Positions 16,656-25,621 of a stretch of DNA of 64,000 nucleotides are shown one piece after another; the first letter of the stretch is position 1, and each line of letters starts with the position of its first letter. The stretch is from positions 1 through 64,000 of the IMG/VR virus record IMGVR_UViG_3300038465_000055; one strand, 5' to 3'. The notes under the pieces were generated by a model that saw only the letters and a program-made list of their open reading frames with translations, was not told where the DNA came from and did no database searches. Source of the stretch: a virus. A program made the translations under genes and the position numbers.

Positions 16656-16686
16656 CAGCCCGAAGGCGTCTATCACCTTCGGGCTG
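16656..16686. other. Stem-loop 3' of the outer-membrane protein gene
   Basis: CAGCCCGAAGG / CCTTCGGGCTG; no U-tract on the minus strand. Confidence 0.55.
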
Positions 16687-16704
16687 CTTACCGTTTTCTC
16701 CTAA

Positions 16705-17517
16705 TCAGAATGCTACCATAACGCCAGCAATATATTTGGTGCCAAGGACTGCCTTAACCTGCGCTGGACCGCCGGTGACGGCACCATTTCCCTGAAACAC
16801 GGTTTCGATGTACTCGCGGATGGCGGAGCCATTGCTCAATTGCTCCATCAAGTCGATCTCGATCTTGGGCGACCAAAGCTCCACCTTGTTCGATCCTGCA
16901 CCGAGATAAGCAATCGTCACGTCATCCATGCGGACGCCAGCGCCGAAGCCTGCTTGGATGTTGGTCGCTGCGATTCCTGTCGGCAGGAGAGGAAACGGCG
17001 CGATCGAGCTGAAGGGATTGGGAAGATTCAGCAGCCCGAATGTGCTCTGGATCAGCGACACTGGCATCCATACGAGGCCAGTGGCCTCTGCGGAAAGCGG
17101 ACCGGCAACTGAGAAGCCTTGGTTGGCGCCATTGAAGTTGGTCGCAGATACCTTGCCTTCAACGGCGTAGGCGAGCAGGCTGGATCTGCTGCCCCACGCA
17201 TAGCCCACGGCGGCGCCGATACCCGCGGTTGTCGTGGTCAAGCTTGCGGAGTTGACGCCCGGTACTGTGGCGTTAACCGGACCACCGCCGGCCTCGGTGA
17301 ACAAGCCGACATAAAGACCGGAGCTGCCATAGGGATATCCGGTAAGCCAAGATGGCCCAATGGCTGATGGCGCCTTCGTATAGAGCACAGGCGATGGAGC
17401 AACTACCGCCTGAGGTAACGGAGCGGCGACGGCAGCACCCGGCCCCGGAGAGTTCTGGGCCATCGCAGAAGTCGAAAACAACGCTGCGATCGCCGTCGCA
17501 AGTAATAGCTTCTTCAT
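16705..17517 (-). CDS. Outer-membrane beta-barrel protein (rhizobial Omp25/RopB-like)
   Basis: Signal peptide MKKLLLATAIAALFSTSAMA; YTKAP motif; GLYVG; GAAVGYAW; C-terminal Phe. Confidence 0.75.
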   Translation of the reverse strand: MKKLLLATAIAALFSTSAMAQNSPGPGAAVAAPLPQAVVAPSPVLYTKAPSAIGPSWLTGYPYGSSGLYVGLFTEAGGGPVNATVPGVNSASLTTTTAGIGAAVGYAWGSRSSLLAYAVEGKVSATNFNGANQGFSVAGPLSAEATGLVWMPVSLIQSTFGLLNLPNPFSSIAPFPLLPTGIAATNIQAGFGAGVRMDDVTIAYLGAGSNKVELWSPKIEIDLMEQLSNGSAIREYIETVFQGNGAVTGGPAQVKAVLGTKYIAGVMVAF

Positions 17518-17639
17518 GGTGAAAATCCCCTTTGGTTGCGGAGATCAGAAACTACGCCAGCGCTCTATCAGCGATAGGACGATTTACTAAGCAGACTGAC
17601 GAATTAAGTTAGCTGTGACTTATCCGCAACAAGAGAATA

Positions 17640-18029
17640 TCAGGCAGCCTTCGTCGCATCGGCGGCCATCAGGCTTATGGCCTTCGTCGCATCGGCGGCC
17701 ATCACGTCTGGATGCGTGATCGTCACGACAGCTTTGGCCGTGTCCGCGGCTCCCGTAACAGATGCCGGTTGCATCTTCTTTGCGATCTCAATCGCCGCGG
17801 CCTGCGTCGCGGTATCCGTCAGCTTCTTGAGATACGCTTCTGCTTGCACGTGTCCGTCTTGTACCCACCACGACCAGAACGCTCCACCGGCCGCGACCGC
17901 AGCTCCAGAGAATGCTTCGAGGCCGGGACCGGCCGAGATAAGACCATGGGTAACAAGAGCACCACCCGCGACCTTCAAGACGCTGGTGAACATCAGAGTG
18001 ACGAACGGTTTGATGGCATCCCAATTCAT
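17640..18029 (-). CDS. Putative holin
   Basis: Two hydrophobic segments ending AFWSWW; in lysis cassette. Confidence 0.6.
   Translation of the reverse strand: MNWDAIKPFVTLMFTSVLKVAGGALVTHGLISAGPGLEAFSGAAVAAGGAFWSWWVQDGHVQAEAYLKKLTDTATQAAAIEIAKKMQPASVTGAADTAKAVVTITHPDVMAADATKAISLMAADATKAA
17647..17704. repeat. 25-bp direct repeat, period 33 bp (MAADATKA x2)
   Basis: GCCTTCGTCGCATCGGCGGCCATCA at 17647-17671 and 17680-17704. Confidence 0.9.
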
Positions 18030-18553
18030 GATGAAGACTCCCCTGTGTGTGAAATTTCGACATGCGTGCTGAGAATGAGGAACAGCATTAGCGGACTCCA
18101 GCGATGGAATGGCACAACTGTGGGCCATTTGAAATAGGGGAACGGGTTTGTCCGCAACGCCCAACCCATTTCAGCCGAACAGATCAGATTGCCTATTGTG
18201 TGCAGGTTCAAGGCCGGATCGACAAAATTGATGATTGACTTGATATCGTAGGGTGCTCCGACTCGCTTATCGATGTGATCATAGAAGCAGTTTTGCTGAT
18301 CGATCGTGCATGGCAGATCCACAAATTTCTGAGACATTGATCCATCAGGCAGTTTCATCAGGCTTGCTATATCGTACCCCGCCGGTCGCTTCTTCATGCC
18401 GCCGTCCGCGTGCTGCCCGATCCACCATTGCTTGTCGAGAGAAACGCATTCGCAATGGCTAGGGACGAAAGGCATCGCGAGTCCCGCCTGAAATCTGATG
18501 TCGGCTGATATCAAATCGTTCTCGGTAACAAATCTGAGTGTTATGGCCGGCAC
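18026..18553 (-). CDS. Permuted papain-like (NlpC/P60, YiiX-type) enzyme
   Basis: SHC (His) precedes GAPYD and ICS (Cys). Confidence 0.75.
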   Translation of the reverse strand: MPAITLRFVTENDLISADIRFQAGLAMPFVPSHCECVSLDKQWWIGQHADGGMKKRPAGYDIASLMKLPDGSMSQKFVDLPCTIDQQNCFYDHIDKRVGAPYDIKSIINFVDPALNLHTIGNLICSAEMGWALRTNPFPYFKWPTVVPFHRWSPLMLFLILSTHVEISHTGESSS

Positions 18554-18556
18554 AGT

Positions 18557-18742
18557 TTATCCCTTAAGTTTTTCTGCCGCGACCTTTCTGGCGCTCGCTT
18601 GTAAGGCAATCAACAGATCGAAATCCAGCGCCAGCCGCTTTTCCTGCTCGGCGCCCTTCAGCGACGTTGCATTGATGAGCTGACCGGTATGAAGGCTGAC
18701 GAGAGCCGCTTTCAGGATCTCCTCATACTCTTCGAGCGTCAC
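18557..18742 (-). CDS. Hypothetical protein
   Basis: 61 aa, tightly coupled in lysis cassette. Confidence 0.5.
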   Translation of the reverse strand: MTLEEYEEILKAALVSLHTGQLINATSLKGAEQEKRLALDFDLLIALQASARKVAAEKLKG

Positions 18743-18996
18743 GGCGACTTCACTTTCTGCTCGATCAGCATGGCGATGGTTTCGACGACCGGAAGCACCT
18801 GAATGGCATCTGGATACATTTTCTTGAGGATCGGAATGGCCCTCGCGATAAGCGGCTTCATCTCCTCCGCGATCGGCTTCAGCTCCTCCCAGCCTGCCAT
18901 TAGTCGGCTGAATTCCGGTTGATCCGAATTGAGCGCTTCGATAGTTGCTTCAGGAACGCCCAAGACTGTTAGGCCAATATCGATGATCGTGCTCAT
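18739..18996 (-). CDS. Hypothetical protein
   Basis: 85 aa, ATGA-coupled to endolysin. Confidence 0.6.
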   Translation of the reverse strand: MSTIIDIGLTVLGVPEATIEALNSDQPEFSRLMAGWEELKPIAEEMKPLIARAIPILKKMYPDAIQVLPVVETIAMLIEQKVKSP

Positions 18997-19688
18997 GACA
19001 CAAGCACCGGAGTTGCAACGGTCGGTACCGAAACTGTAGGCATCGAAACCGTAAGACCCTCGATCTGGATCGAGCTGTCGATCGCCATCATCATAGAGAG
19101 CAGCGGCGCCGTTCCCTCCTGCACGTCGATATATTTGGCGTTGTACACGTGATCTCGAACGTACTTTCCGGAAATATAAACGTCACTTCCGGACCACACG
19201 TAGGCCGAGGGAACGCCCATCGCGGCATATCCGAGCCCGTTGAACTCCTCCCAGAGAGTGAGAACACCGCCGATCGTCCAAAGGGGCCACTTCGCTGCAT
19301 AGGGCGCCGAGTTGATCAGGACATCGACGCAGCACCGAGTCCAAGCATCGTGGCCGGGCGTGACATCGCCTTCATGCGCGAGATAAGGCCCCATGTTAGC
19401 CGGGACATTGTGCGAGCGCTGGTTGAGCGGATCACCCTGTCCGAGCTGCTTATCCCAATGCGGAGGCCCGCTATACTCGCGCTCCGATGCGATCGCGATA
19501 AACCACCACGGCACCGGCTGCATCTTCTGTTCGATCAGCCGATCGGTAACGCCCTGATAGCGCGCCTTCGAAACCGGATCACATAGCCGCATCGCGGACT
19601 TGTGGAAGGCCGGAAGTTTGTCGGCCTTGACGTGCATGTTCACCCAGCGATGCGCGTTGACGGCTTCGAGCGCTACAATGTTGACCAT
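18993..19688 (-). CDS. Endolysin (lysozyme-like family common in rhizobia)
   Basis: VPWWFIAIASERE..LGQGDPL..EEFNGLGY..PSAYVWSGS..YISGKYVRD. Confidence 0.85.
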   Translation of the reverse strand: MVNIVALEAVNAHRWVNMHVKADKLPAFHKSAMRLCDPVSKARYQGVTDRLIEQKMQPVPWWFIAIASEREYSGPPHWDKQLGQGDPLNQRSHNVPANMGPYLAHEGDVTPGHDAWTRCCVDVLINSAPYAAKWPLWTIGGVLTLWEEFNGLGYAAMGVPSAYVWSGSDVYISGKYVRDHVYNAKYIDVQEGTAPLLSMMMAIDSSIQIEGLTVSMPTVSVPTVATPVLVS

Positions 19689-19707
19689 GACGATATCTCC
19701 CTTCCTT

Positions 19708-22110
19708 TTATTGCCTCGTGGCAACATCTAACTGCATGACCCCGACACCTCCATTGTATCCAGTGCCAAAATTATTAGCATTTTCTTCTGTGGCTGAAAC
19801 AAAGTGAAACCCAGAGACCGCTGGATAGTTGGCAATTGAGATTGGGCTCGCAAAAAAAGAATTTGCAGTAGCCGTTTCCATCAGAGCACGAGCATCAAAA
19901 CAAGTCGTTCCGTCAAGGCATGTACCTGTGACAGAACCAGACCCCGCCGAAGCGGATGTAAATGCCTGCACCTGATAGCTTGCCGTAAAACCATTCAGGG
20001 GAAGTCCAACGACAAACGATGCCCTGTTATTGACTGAGTTGTCGGCCGCACGGACCGCGCTCGCTCCGGATTGCAACCATACACTCACAGTGTCGGTGAC
20101 CGTCGTTTTGACGTCGACTTGGTTGTACATATTCCAGACACCGAACATCGCAGCGCCGCCACCGCCTGCAGCGCTACCCCAAACATAACTTATCGAACCA
20201 TTTGCAATGGCATACACGGTGCCGAGATACGTGGCTTGGTTCGCAGCGACCGAACCATAGTTCGTCGATCCGTTGAAGCAATTCGCCAGCGCATTCTTGT
20301 TTGTTGGATATGGCCGCGTGATCTGATCGATGACGGTGTAGCCGGTGCCGCGCGACGTATTCGATCCTCCGGTATCGGCCGCCCAGCCGCCGCCGCCGCC
20401 GCCAGCAGTTGACATCGCCAAGCAAATCCTGTTGGCGCCACCATGCACCCACCAAACGTCATAGACCTGAGATCCGACGACCTGACCTGCGCTCGCCGCT
20501 GCGACCATCGCATCGATAACCTCGCATGAGGCGACCGTGTCGATCAGATCAAGCGTGCCATTGAAATACGGGACTCCGCCGCCCACCGCGCAATCATATC
20601 GCAGCGTCGTCTGGTTCGCGCACGACGACCCGCCGCAAGACGTTGCGAGCATGACCGGGGTATTAGCGGCCAGCGTGATGCGACCCTGCGGCGCGATGAC
20701 GGCGCCCGCAACCGTGCATGTTCCGGTGCTTGTAATGCTGCACGTTCCAGAGACAGCTATTCCAGATCCCGCCGCGATAATAACGTTGGTCACCGTTCCA
20801 GTGCCGCCCGCCGTCAGCCAAGCCGGCACGCCGGTCGGCCCTTCGGAAAATACCTGCGTGCCGCTATTGTTACCGGCCAGCGTCGTCCAGATGGTGCCGT
20901 TCCAGAAAGCGAAGTCGCCAACTCGAGTCGGAACAGGCATCAATGCCGTGATCGCAGCCGGCGCCCCGCTCTGACCCGTACCGCCATTTGCGATCGGCGC
21001 AATACCCGTCACGCCTCCGTTGCCGCTGGCGCCTAGATTTATCGCCGACAGCCACGAACCCGAGATCGTCCCAGAGTTGATGGCCGAGCCCGCGATCGAT
21101 GGCGTACCGCCGAGCGCATAAGTTCCGGTGATCGTGCCTGTGATCGCCGGCCCGGTGCCAAACGTGACAGTCGAATTGAATATAGCGCCGCCTGTGACAG
21201 CCAGAAAAAAACCGCCGATGGTCGCGCCGCCCAAAGCCAGCGACGTTCCCGCTGCCACACCGAGCGACGGCGTCGTCAAGGCCATATTGGTGGCGGCGAT
21301 CCCGCTGGGTAGCGTTGCGGAGAATGACGGAACGTTCGATCCGTTCGTCACCAACACCGAATTAGCAGCGAGCGCTGCCGCCGTCATGGTTCCACCGTTC
21401 GTCGAATTGTACGGAACGCCAGTGCCGCCGCTTATGGTCGTGGTTCCATAGGTGATGCCGGTAGCTGGCGCCACGATCGAGCACGTGCTTCCGAGGGCGC
21501 ATGGGATGCCGTTCACGGTCGTGAGGGCAACCGCTCCATTCACATAGTAGTTTCCGCTGACATTGATGGTGCCCGCGCCGGTCAGCGTTCCCATCGTCGT
21601 GCCGACCGTTACGCTGCCGTCTTGCTCGACCCCAAACCTGTCCGTCAACGTCGCGCTGCCATTCGGCGTAACGCCAAAGCGCAAATAGGTTCCATTCTGG
21701 CCCACGCTCCAATTCTGTGCCGCGTAGGTTCTGATCGCCGCCTGCGGGCCGACCACTCCGGTTCCGTTATAGCCGAACGCATTCAACGAACAGACTTCAT
21801 CCGCGGACTGCAACGTTGTCGGCGCCGCTTCCGTGCCATCCCAGCGCACGCAACTATAGCGCGGTACGCTAGCGTAGGCGTCCAGCTCCGTCCTTACCGT
21901 CGTTCCAGCAGCTCCGACAATCTGCAAACCGCTGCCAGCCAAAAAAGCCGGCGTCGTCTGCGAGGCGTTTAGATTGATGATCTGGGGAGAAAGAAACGTG
22001 TTGATCGCGGTCGTGAATGCGCAGTTGACGCACGAAGGCGGACTTGGCTGCGCCGCTGCACCGACAACAGAAACAGCCAGAGCGAATAGTGCCGCGATAA
22101 AACTGCGCAT
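19708..22110 (-). CDS. Tail fibre/spike-like protein with N-terminal signal peptide
   Basis: MRSFIAALFALAVSVVGAAA leader; G/T-rich fibre repeats (PIANGGTG, GTGTVT, PQGRITL, GVWNMYNQ); 16 Cys, mostly in local pairs. Confidence 0.8.
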   Translation of the reverse strand: MRSFIAALFALAVSVVGAAAQPSPPSCVNCAFTTAINTFLSPQIINLNASQTTPAFLAGSGLQIVGAAGTTVRTELDAYASVPRYSCVRWDGTEAAPTTLQSADEVCSLNAFGYNGTGVVGPQAAIRTYAAQNWSVGQNGTYLRFGVTPNGSATLTDRFGVEQDGSVTVGTTMGTLTGAGTINVSGNYYVNGAVALTTVNGIPCALGSTCSIVAPATGITYGTTTISGGTGVPYNSTNGGTMTAAALAANSVLVTNGSNVPSFSATLPSGIAATNMALTTPSLGVAAGTSLALGGATIGGFFLAVTGGAIFNSTVTFGTGPAITGTITGTYALGGTPSIAGSAINSGTISGSWLSAINLGASGNGGVTGIAPIANGGTGQSGAPAAITALMPVPTRVGDFAFWNGTIWTTLAGNNSGTQVFSEGPTGVPAWLTAGGTGTVTNVIIAAGSGIAVSGTCSITSTGTCTVAGAVIAPQGRITLAANTPVMLATSCGGSSCANQTTLRYDCAVGGGVPYFNGTLDLIDTVASCEVIDAMVAAASAGQVVGSQVYDVWWVHGGANRICLAMSTAGGGGGGWAADTGGSNTSRGTGYTVIDQITRPYPTNKNALANCFNGSTNYGSVAANQATYLGTVYAIANGSISYVWGSAAGGGGAAMFGVWNMYNQVDVKTTVTDTVSVWLQSGASAVRAADNSVNNRASFVVGLPLNGFTASYQVQAFTSASAGSGSVTGTCLDGTTCFDARALMETATANSFFASPISIANYPAVSGFHFVSATEENANNFGTGYNGGVGVMQLDVATRQ

Positions 22111-22121
22111 GTGATCTCTCT

Positions 22122-22430
22122 TCAAAACCAAACGACAGAAAATTTGTGACCGTTGGAAGCTGCGTTGACCGAGGTTATCGACGTTTGACCGGGAATGATG
22201 GGCCAACTCGCGCCGGGGTATAGCACGAAGGTTGTCCCGTTCCCCACCAAACCCGCCGGATTTACCGGATCGACATACAGATTTTCCGGCGCCCCGAGCC
22301 CCTGATCCGTTGCCGATATCGGATTGGTTATGAATCCGCCATTCGGGGCGCCGGGAATAACCTCGACGGGCGTCCCACCGTTTGTAACCACCGAGGTGAG
22401 ACCCGGTACCGGGGTGACTGCAACGGTCAT
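22122..22430 (-). CDS. Small beta-sandwich protein paralogous to the N-terminal domain of the 24639-25616 baseplate protein
   Basis: Shared GGxIxNP...DQG..PExL..D..NPA.L...TTF.L.PG...VNAA..GHKFS. Confidence 0.8.
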   Translation of the reverse strand: MTVAVTPVPGLTSVVTNGGTPVEVIPGAPNGGFITNPISATDQGLGAPENLYVDPVNPAGLVGNGTTFVLYPGASWPIIPGQTSITSVNAASNGHKFSVVWF

Positions 22431-22432
22431 TT

Positions 22433-23278
22433 TTAAGATACCCCTGTGAATGGCGGAATTTTCCAAGCGTCGATGTTTGATTCCGTCAAGTCCTCAATAT
22501 CACTTTGGACCCCAGCGGCCCAGCGCGTAACCGCGTCCATCCCCGCCTTGCTCTGCTTTTGCTGGTTAAGAAATTCGGTATCGGCCGCCGGCCGCTGCGC
22601 AGCCTGAAAGACCACCTGATCAGCGACAGATGCTTGCAGTGGCGCAACGCTGTCTGTGATTACTTTTATTTTTGCCTGCGCCGCAGCGCGATCCGCGTCT
22701 GTCTTGGCCGCCAACATTTGAACCGTTAGATCCTGCAATGGAAGTTGGGCCGTCCTGATTTCCACCATGACAGCTTGCAATCTCTGGCTATCGGATAAAG
22801 CAATATCCCCCTCTCGAATCGTGAGCGCGCGACGTTTCCCCGGAGGTGGCGCAATCTTTTCCATCTCCTGCTGTTCCATGGCCGTTACGGAATTCAGAAG
22901 AACGTTCTTCTTCGATCTTAGGATCTGATCAGCCGTGGGATCGTCGTTCACGACTTCATAGTCAGAGATATATTTTCCATCCTTGCCGAGAACGATGGAC
23001 GCCTCGACATCCTGGGAGCCGATCGGACGTTTTACCGGGGCATGACGCGATAGTTTTTCCTCCTGCCATTTGGCTACAGCATGGCTCAAATCGTTAGAGG
23101 CTGTCTTACTGCTCTTGAATTCCGCCCATGTCGGGCAAGGCTTGACCGGGCCGAGCGCCTTGAGTTCATCCGCCACGATCTTGTTTCGCTCCGCCCACAG
23201 ATTCATTTCATCGACATGGAGCTTGACGGTGTCGTCGAATCCTTCCGGCAATCTTGACTTCAAAATCTGATGCGTCAC
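22433..23278 (-). CDS. Tail-fibre-associated (assembly/chaperone-like) protein
   Basis: Follows the tail fibre; helical; ends DIEDLT...IDAWKIP. Confidence 0.6.
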   Translation of the reverse strand: MTHQILKSRLPEGFDDTVKLHVDEMNLWAERNKIVADELKALGPVKPCPTWAEFKSSKTASNDLSHAVAKWQEEKLSRHAPVKRPIGSQDVEASIVLGKDGKYISDYEVVNDDPTADQILRSKKNVLLNSVTAMEQQEMEKIAPPPGKRRALTIREGDIALSDSQRLQAVMVEIRTAQLPLQDLTVQMLAAKTDADRAAAQAKIKVITDSVAPLQASVADQVVFQAAQRPAADTEFLNQQKQSKAGMDAVTRWAAGVQSDIEDLTESNIDAWKIPPFTGVS

Positions 23279-23293
23279 GACGACATTCCTTTT

Positions 23294-24616
23294 TCAAAGT
23301 TTGAGATACCACGTTCCGCTCATCGCTAGATGGACAGTGTTGTGGGCGCCGCCGCCGGTGTTGTACGAAAGAACCGACTGACCGCTGGTAGCCCCCGATC
23401 CCGATCCGGAAACTGCAATCTGAACCGGAGACGGAGAACCAATCTGTAGGATTGGAGATGGGCCACCTTCGAGGTTAACGTTGTACACCGATCCAGTAAT
23501 GATATCCGTGTAGTTTGATACGCCAGTGATGCTGACGCTGACGGACAATGCTCCTCCGCTCGAATCGATCTGCGGAATCTCGGTCGGAGTCAGCGTATGC
23601 AGGTTTTGTCCAAGAATAGATCCCGGTATAGTCGCGCTCCCCGAGCTGAATGGTACACCGCTCAACAACGTCGTGGCAGGGCCGCCCATCGTGTCGACGC
23701 CGATCGGGCTCTTGCCTCGCATGTCGAGCGTCGTGATCGCGCAGTTTGCCGCAAAGTCCGCCGCTGCATTGACGCCTCTAGCGACAAGAGCGCCAGCGCT
23801 GTTACGAAGCGGACATTGCACGTTCGAAAATTCGTTCCAGTGCCATTCGAACAAATTGATCGTGGTTGGATCAGCAAACCCTGTGGCATTCGACGCCGCA
23901 TTGCCTATCGTCAGTGTATTGGCGGTAACCCAACCCGATATCGTTTCCGACGTCGGACGCCACTTGAAATCGCCAGTGGTAGCTATGCCAGCGCTGGACT
24001 GAGATTCCTGAGATGCACTGATGAGCTGATAAGGGCCGCTCCCGGGATCGTAAATCGTGAAGGCGCCCGCAGCCACAATAGCGCCCGTACCAAGAGCGCT
24101 GCCGTTGGGATTTACGATCGCGAAGCTTCCGGCGCCTAGATTGAGCGTCGATGGTCCAGTGTTGCTTGTGGCAGCAAGGATATCGATCACCATGCCTTGC
24201 TGGCGCGTGGTGACTGCCGGGCTCAAAACGACAGCGTAGGCGTTGACTGTTCCGGTATCCTGCGCTGATGTCGCGCTTCCAGATTGGGCCTGCACGATCT
24301 GCATCATGAGGGCCATCGTTCCAGCGGTCGGTCCCATCTGGAAGATATCGCCAGCATTCCATGCCAGCGCAACGGTGCCTTCCTGACCGCGCAGGATCGT
24401 GAAGGTATCCGCAGCCGTCGCGGTCACCCACACCACCTCGGTGATCAAACTGTTGCCAGCCGCGACAAGAGTGCCGATGAAAAATTTATTACCAGCGATC
24501 ACCGGAAAATTTGAGCCCTCGCCTGCAACCAAGGTCAGACTTGTCGCCGCCGCAGTGATCGGACTCGCCAGCGTGCCAGTCGCGTTATCCTTGAACAGCA
24601 TCAGCGGAAAAGTCAT
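23294..24616 (-). CDS. Baseplate-attached tail fibre with collar-like domain
   Basis: FKDNATGTLA..RGQEGT..AWNAGD N-terminus; DMRGKSPIGVD, GQNLHTLTPTEIP, TGGGAHN. Confidence 0.85.
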   Translation of the reverse strand: MTFPLMLFKDNATGTLASPITAAATSLTLVAGEGSNFPVIAGNKFFIGTLVAAGNSLITEVVWVTATAADTFTILRGQEGTVALAWNAGDIFQMGPTAGTMALMMQIVQAQSGSATSAQDTGTVNAYAVVLSPAVTTRQQGMVIDILAATSNTGPSTLNLGAGSFAIVNPNGSALGTGAIVAAGAFTIYDPGSGPYQLISASQESQSSAGIATTGDFKWRPTSETISGWVTANTLTIGNAASNATGFADPTTINLFEWHWNEFSNVQCPLRNSAGALVARGVNAAADFAANCAITTLDMRGKSPIGVDTMGGPATTLLSGVPFSSGSATIPGSILGQNLHTLTPTEIPQIDSSGGALSVSVSITGVSNYTDIITGSVYNVNLEGGPSPILQIGSPSPVQIAVSGSGSGATSGQSVLSYNTGGGAHNTVHLAMSGTWYLKL

Positions 24617-24638
24617 GACGCGAGCCCCTAGCTATTAT

Positions 24639-25616
24639 TTATGATGACGCGATCGAAACATTGAATGTGTACTGAAACGGCAGCTCCACGGCACCCGACT
24701 GAATCGCCTCTTGCAGAATAACCGAATTTGGAGTTAGCGGCAGGATGATATCGATCACGAACCTCGACGGATAGCTCACGCTGACCGAATAGGTATTGTC
24801 TATGACTGGATCTGTCCCGTTTGGCCCATTCAGGAATCGCAAGATGCGCCGCTTTAGCCACTGAGGATTGAACGTCTGGCCGTCCCCGCGATAGAGCCGC
24901 CACGTCATGATTCGCTTGAATATATCGTCTGAGGTCACCGTGACGTTGTCGGCGCCGATTGCCTTGTAGCCGTTCCATACAAGCTGGTTATAGAGCGCCG
25001 TGTTGTAAGGTCCAAGATTTTGATTGAGCCCCGACGAAAGAGTCGGCCGAAGCATCCCGTAAAGACCGTCAGCTACCCAATCGAGCAACGTTCCAGCAAT
25101 CAAAGAAGAGGTATAGATCGGAAGATTTATCTGGTTGAACCAATCCACGAATTGCTGCGCATAGGAATTGTACGACGCGAACATAGCTTGCAGATCTGCG
25201 TCGTCCGCATACTCCTGATAGAGATACGCCTTTATGACATTGACTAGACCGGTTGGCCCCGAGGGAGGAAACGTCGCGCCAGTCGATACCAGAGAAACTA
25301 ACGGCTGAATGATGATAGCGCTGAATTTGTGCCCGACCGTCGCCGCGTTGACATTTAGGTTCGTCGCCAAACCGGGCGGCACTTGGATGGACTGCCCCGG
25401 CGCCAGCCTGAACGTCGTCGGAGATTCGACGAGAGATGCTGGATTGATGAAATCATAGAACAGTGTTTCAGGAATCGGGATTCCCTGATCCCGCGCCGCC
25501 GCCGGATTGGCGATGATGCCACCTTGTACGCCGCCAAAAATCGCAACCTGCGAAACACCACCGATAGCGATGGATGTCGATGCCGCTTTGAAAACTGAAA
25601 CCGGAGCAGCGCCCAT
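24639..25616 (-). CDS. Baseplate wedge protein (gpI-like) with extra N-terminal domain
   Basis: AYLYQEYADD..LLDWVADGLYG..SDDIFKRIMTW; follows baseplate J. Confidence 0.75.
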   Translation of the reverse strand: MGAAPVSVFKAASTSIAIGGVSQVAIFGGVQGGIIANPAAARDQGIPIPETLFYDFINPASLVESPTTFRLAPGQSIQVPPGLATNLNVNAATVGHKFSAIIIQPLVSLVSTGATFPPSGPTGLVNVIKAYLYQEYADDADLQAMFASYNSYAQQFVDWFNQINLPIYTSSLIAGTLLDWVADGLYGMLRPTLSSGLNQNLGPYNTALYNQLVWNGYKAIGADNVTVTSDDIFKRIMTWRLYRGDGQTFNPQWLKRRILRFLNGPNGTDPVIDNTYSVSVSYPSRFVIDIILPLTPNSVILQEAIQSGAVELPFQYTFNVSIASS

Positions 25617-25621
25617 ATATG

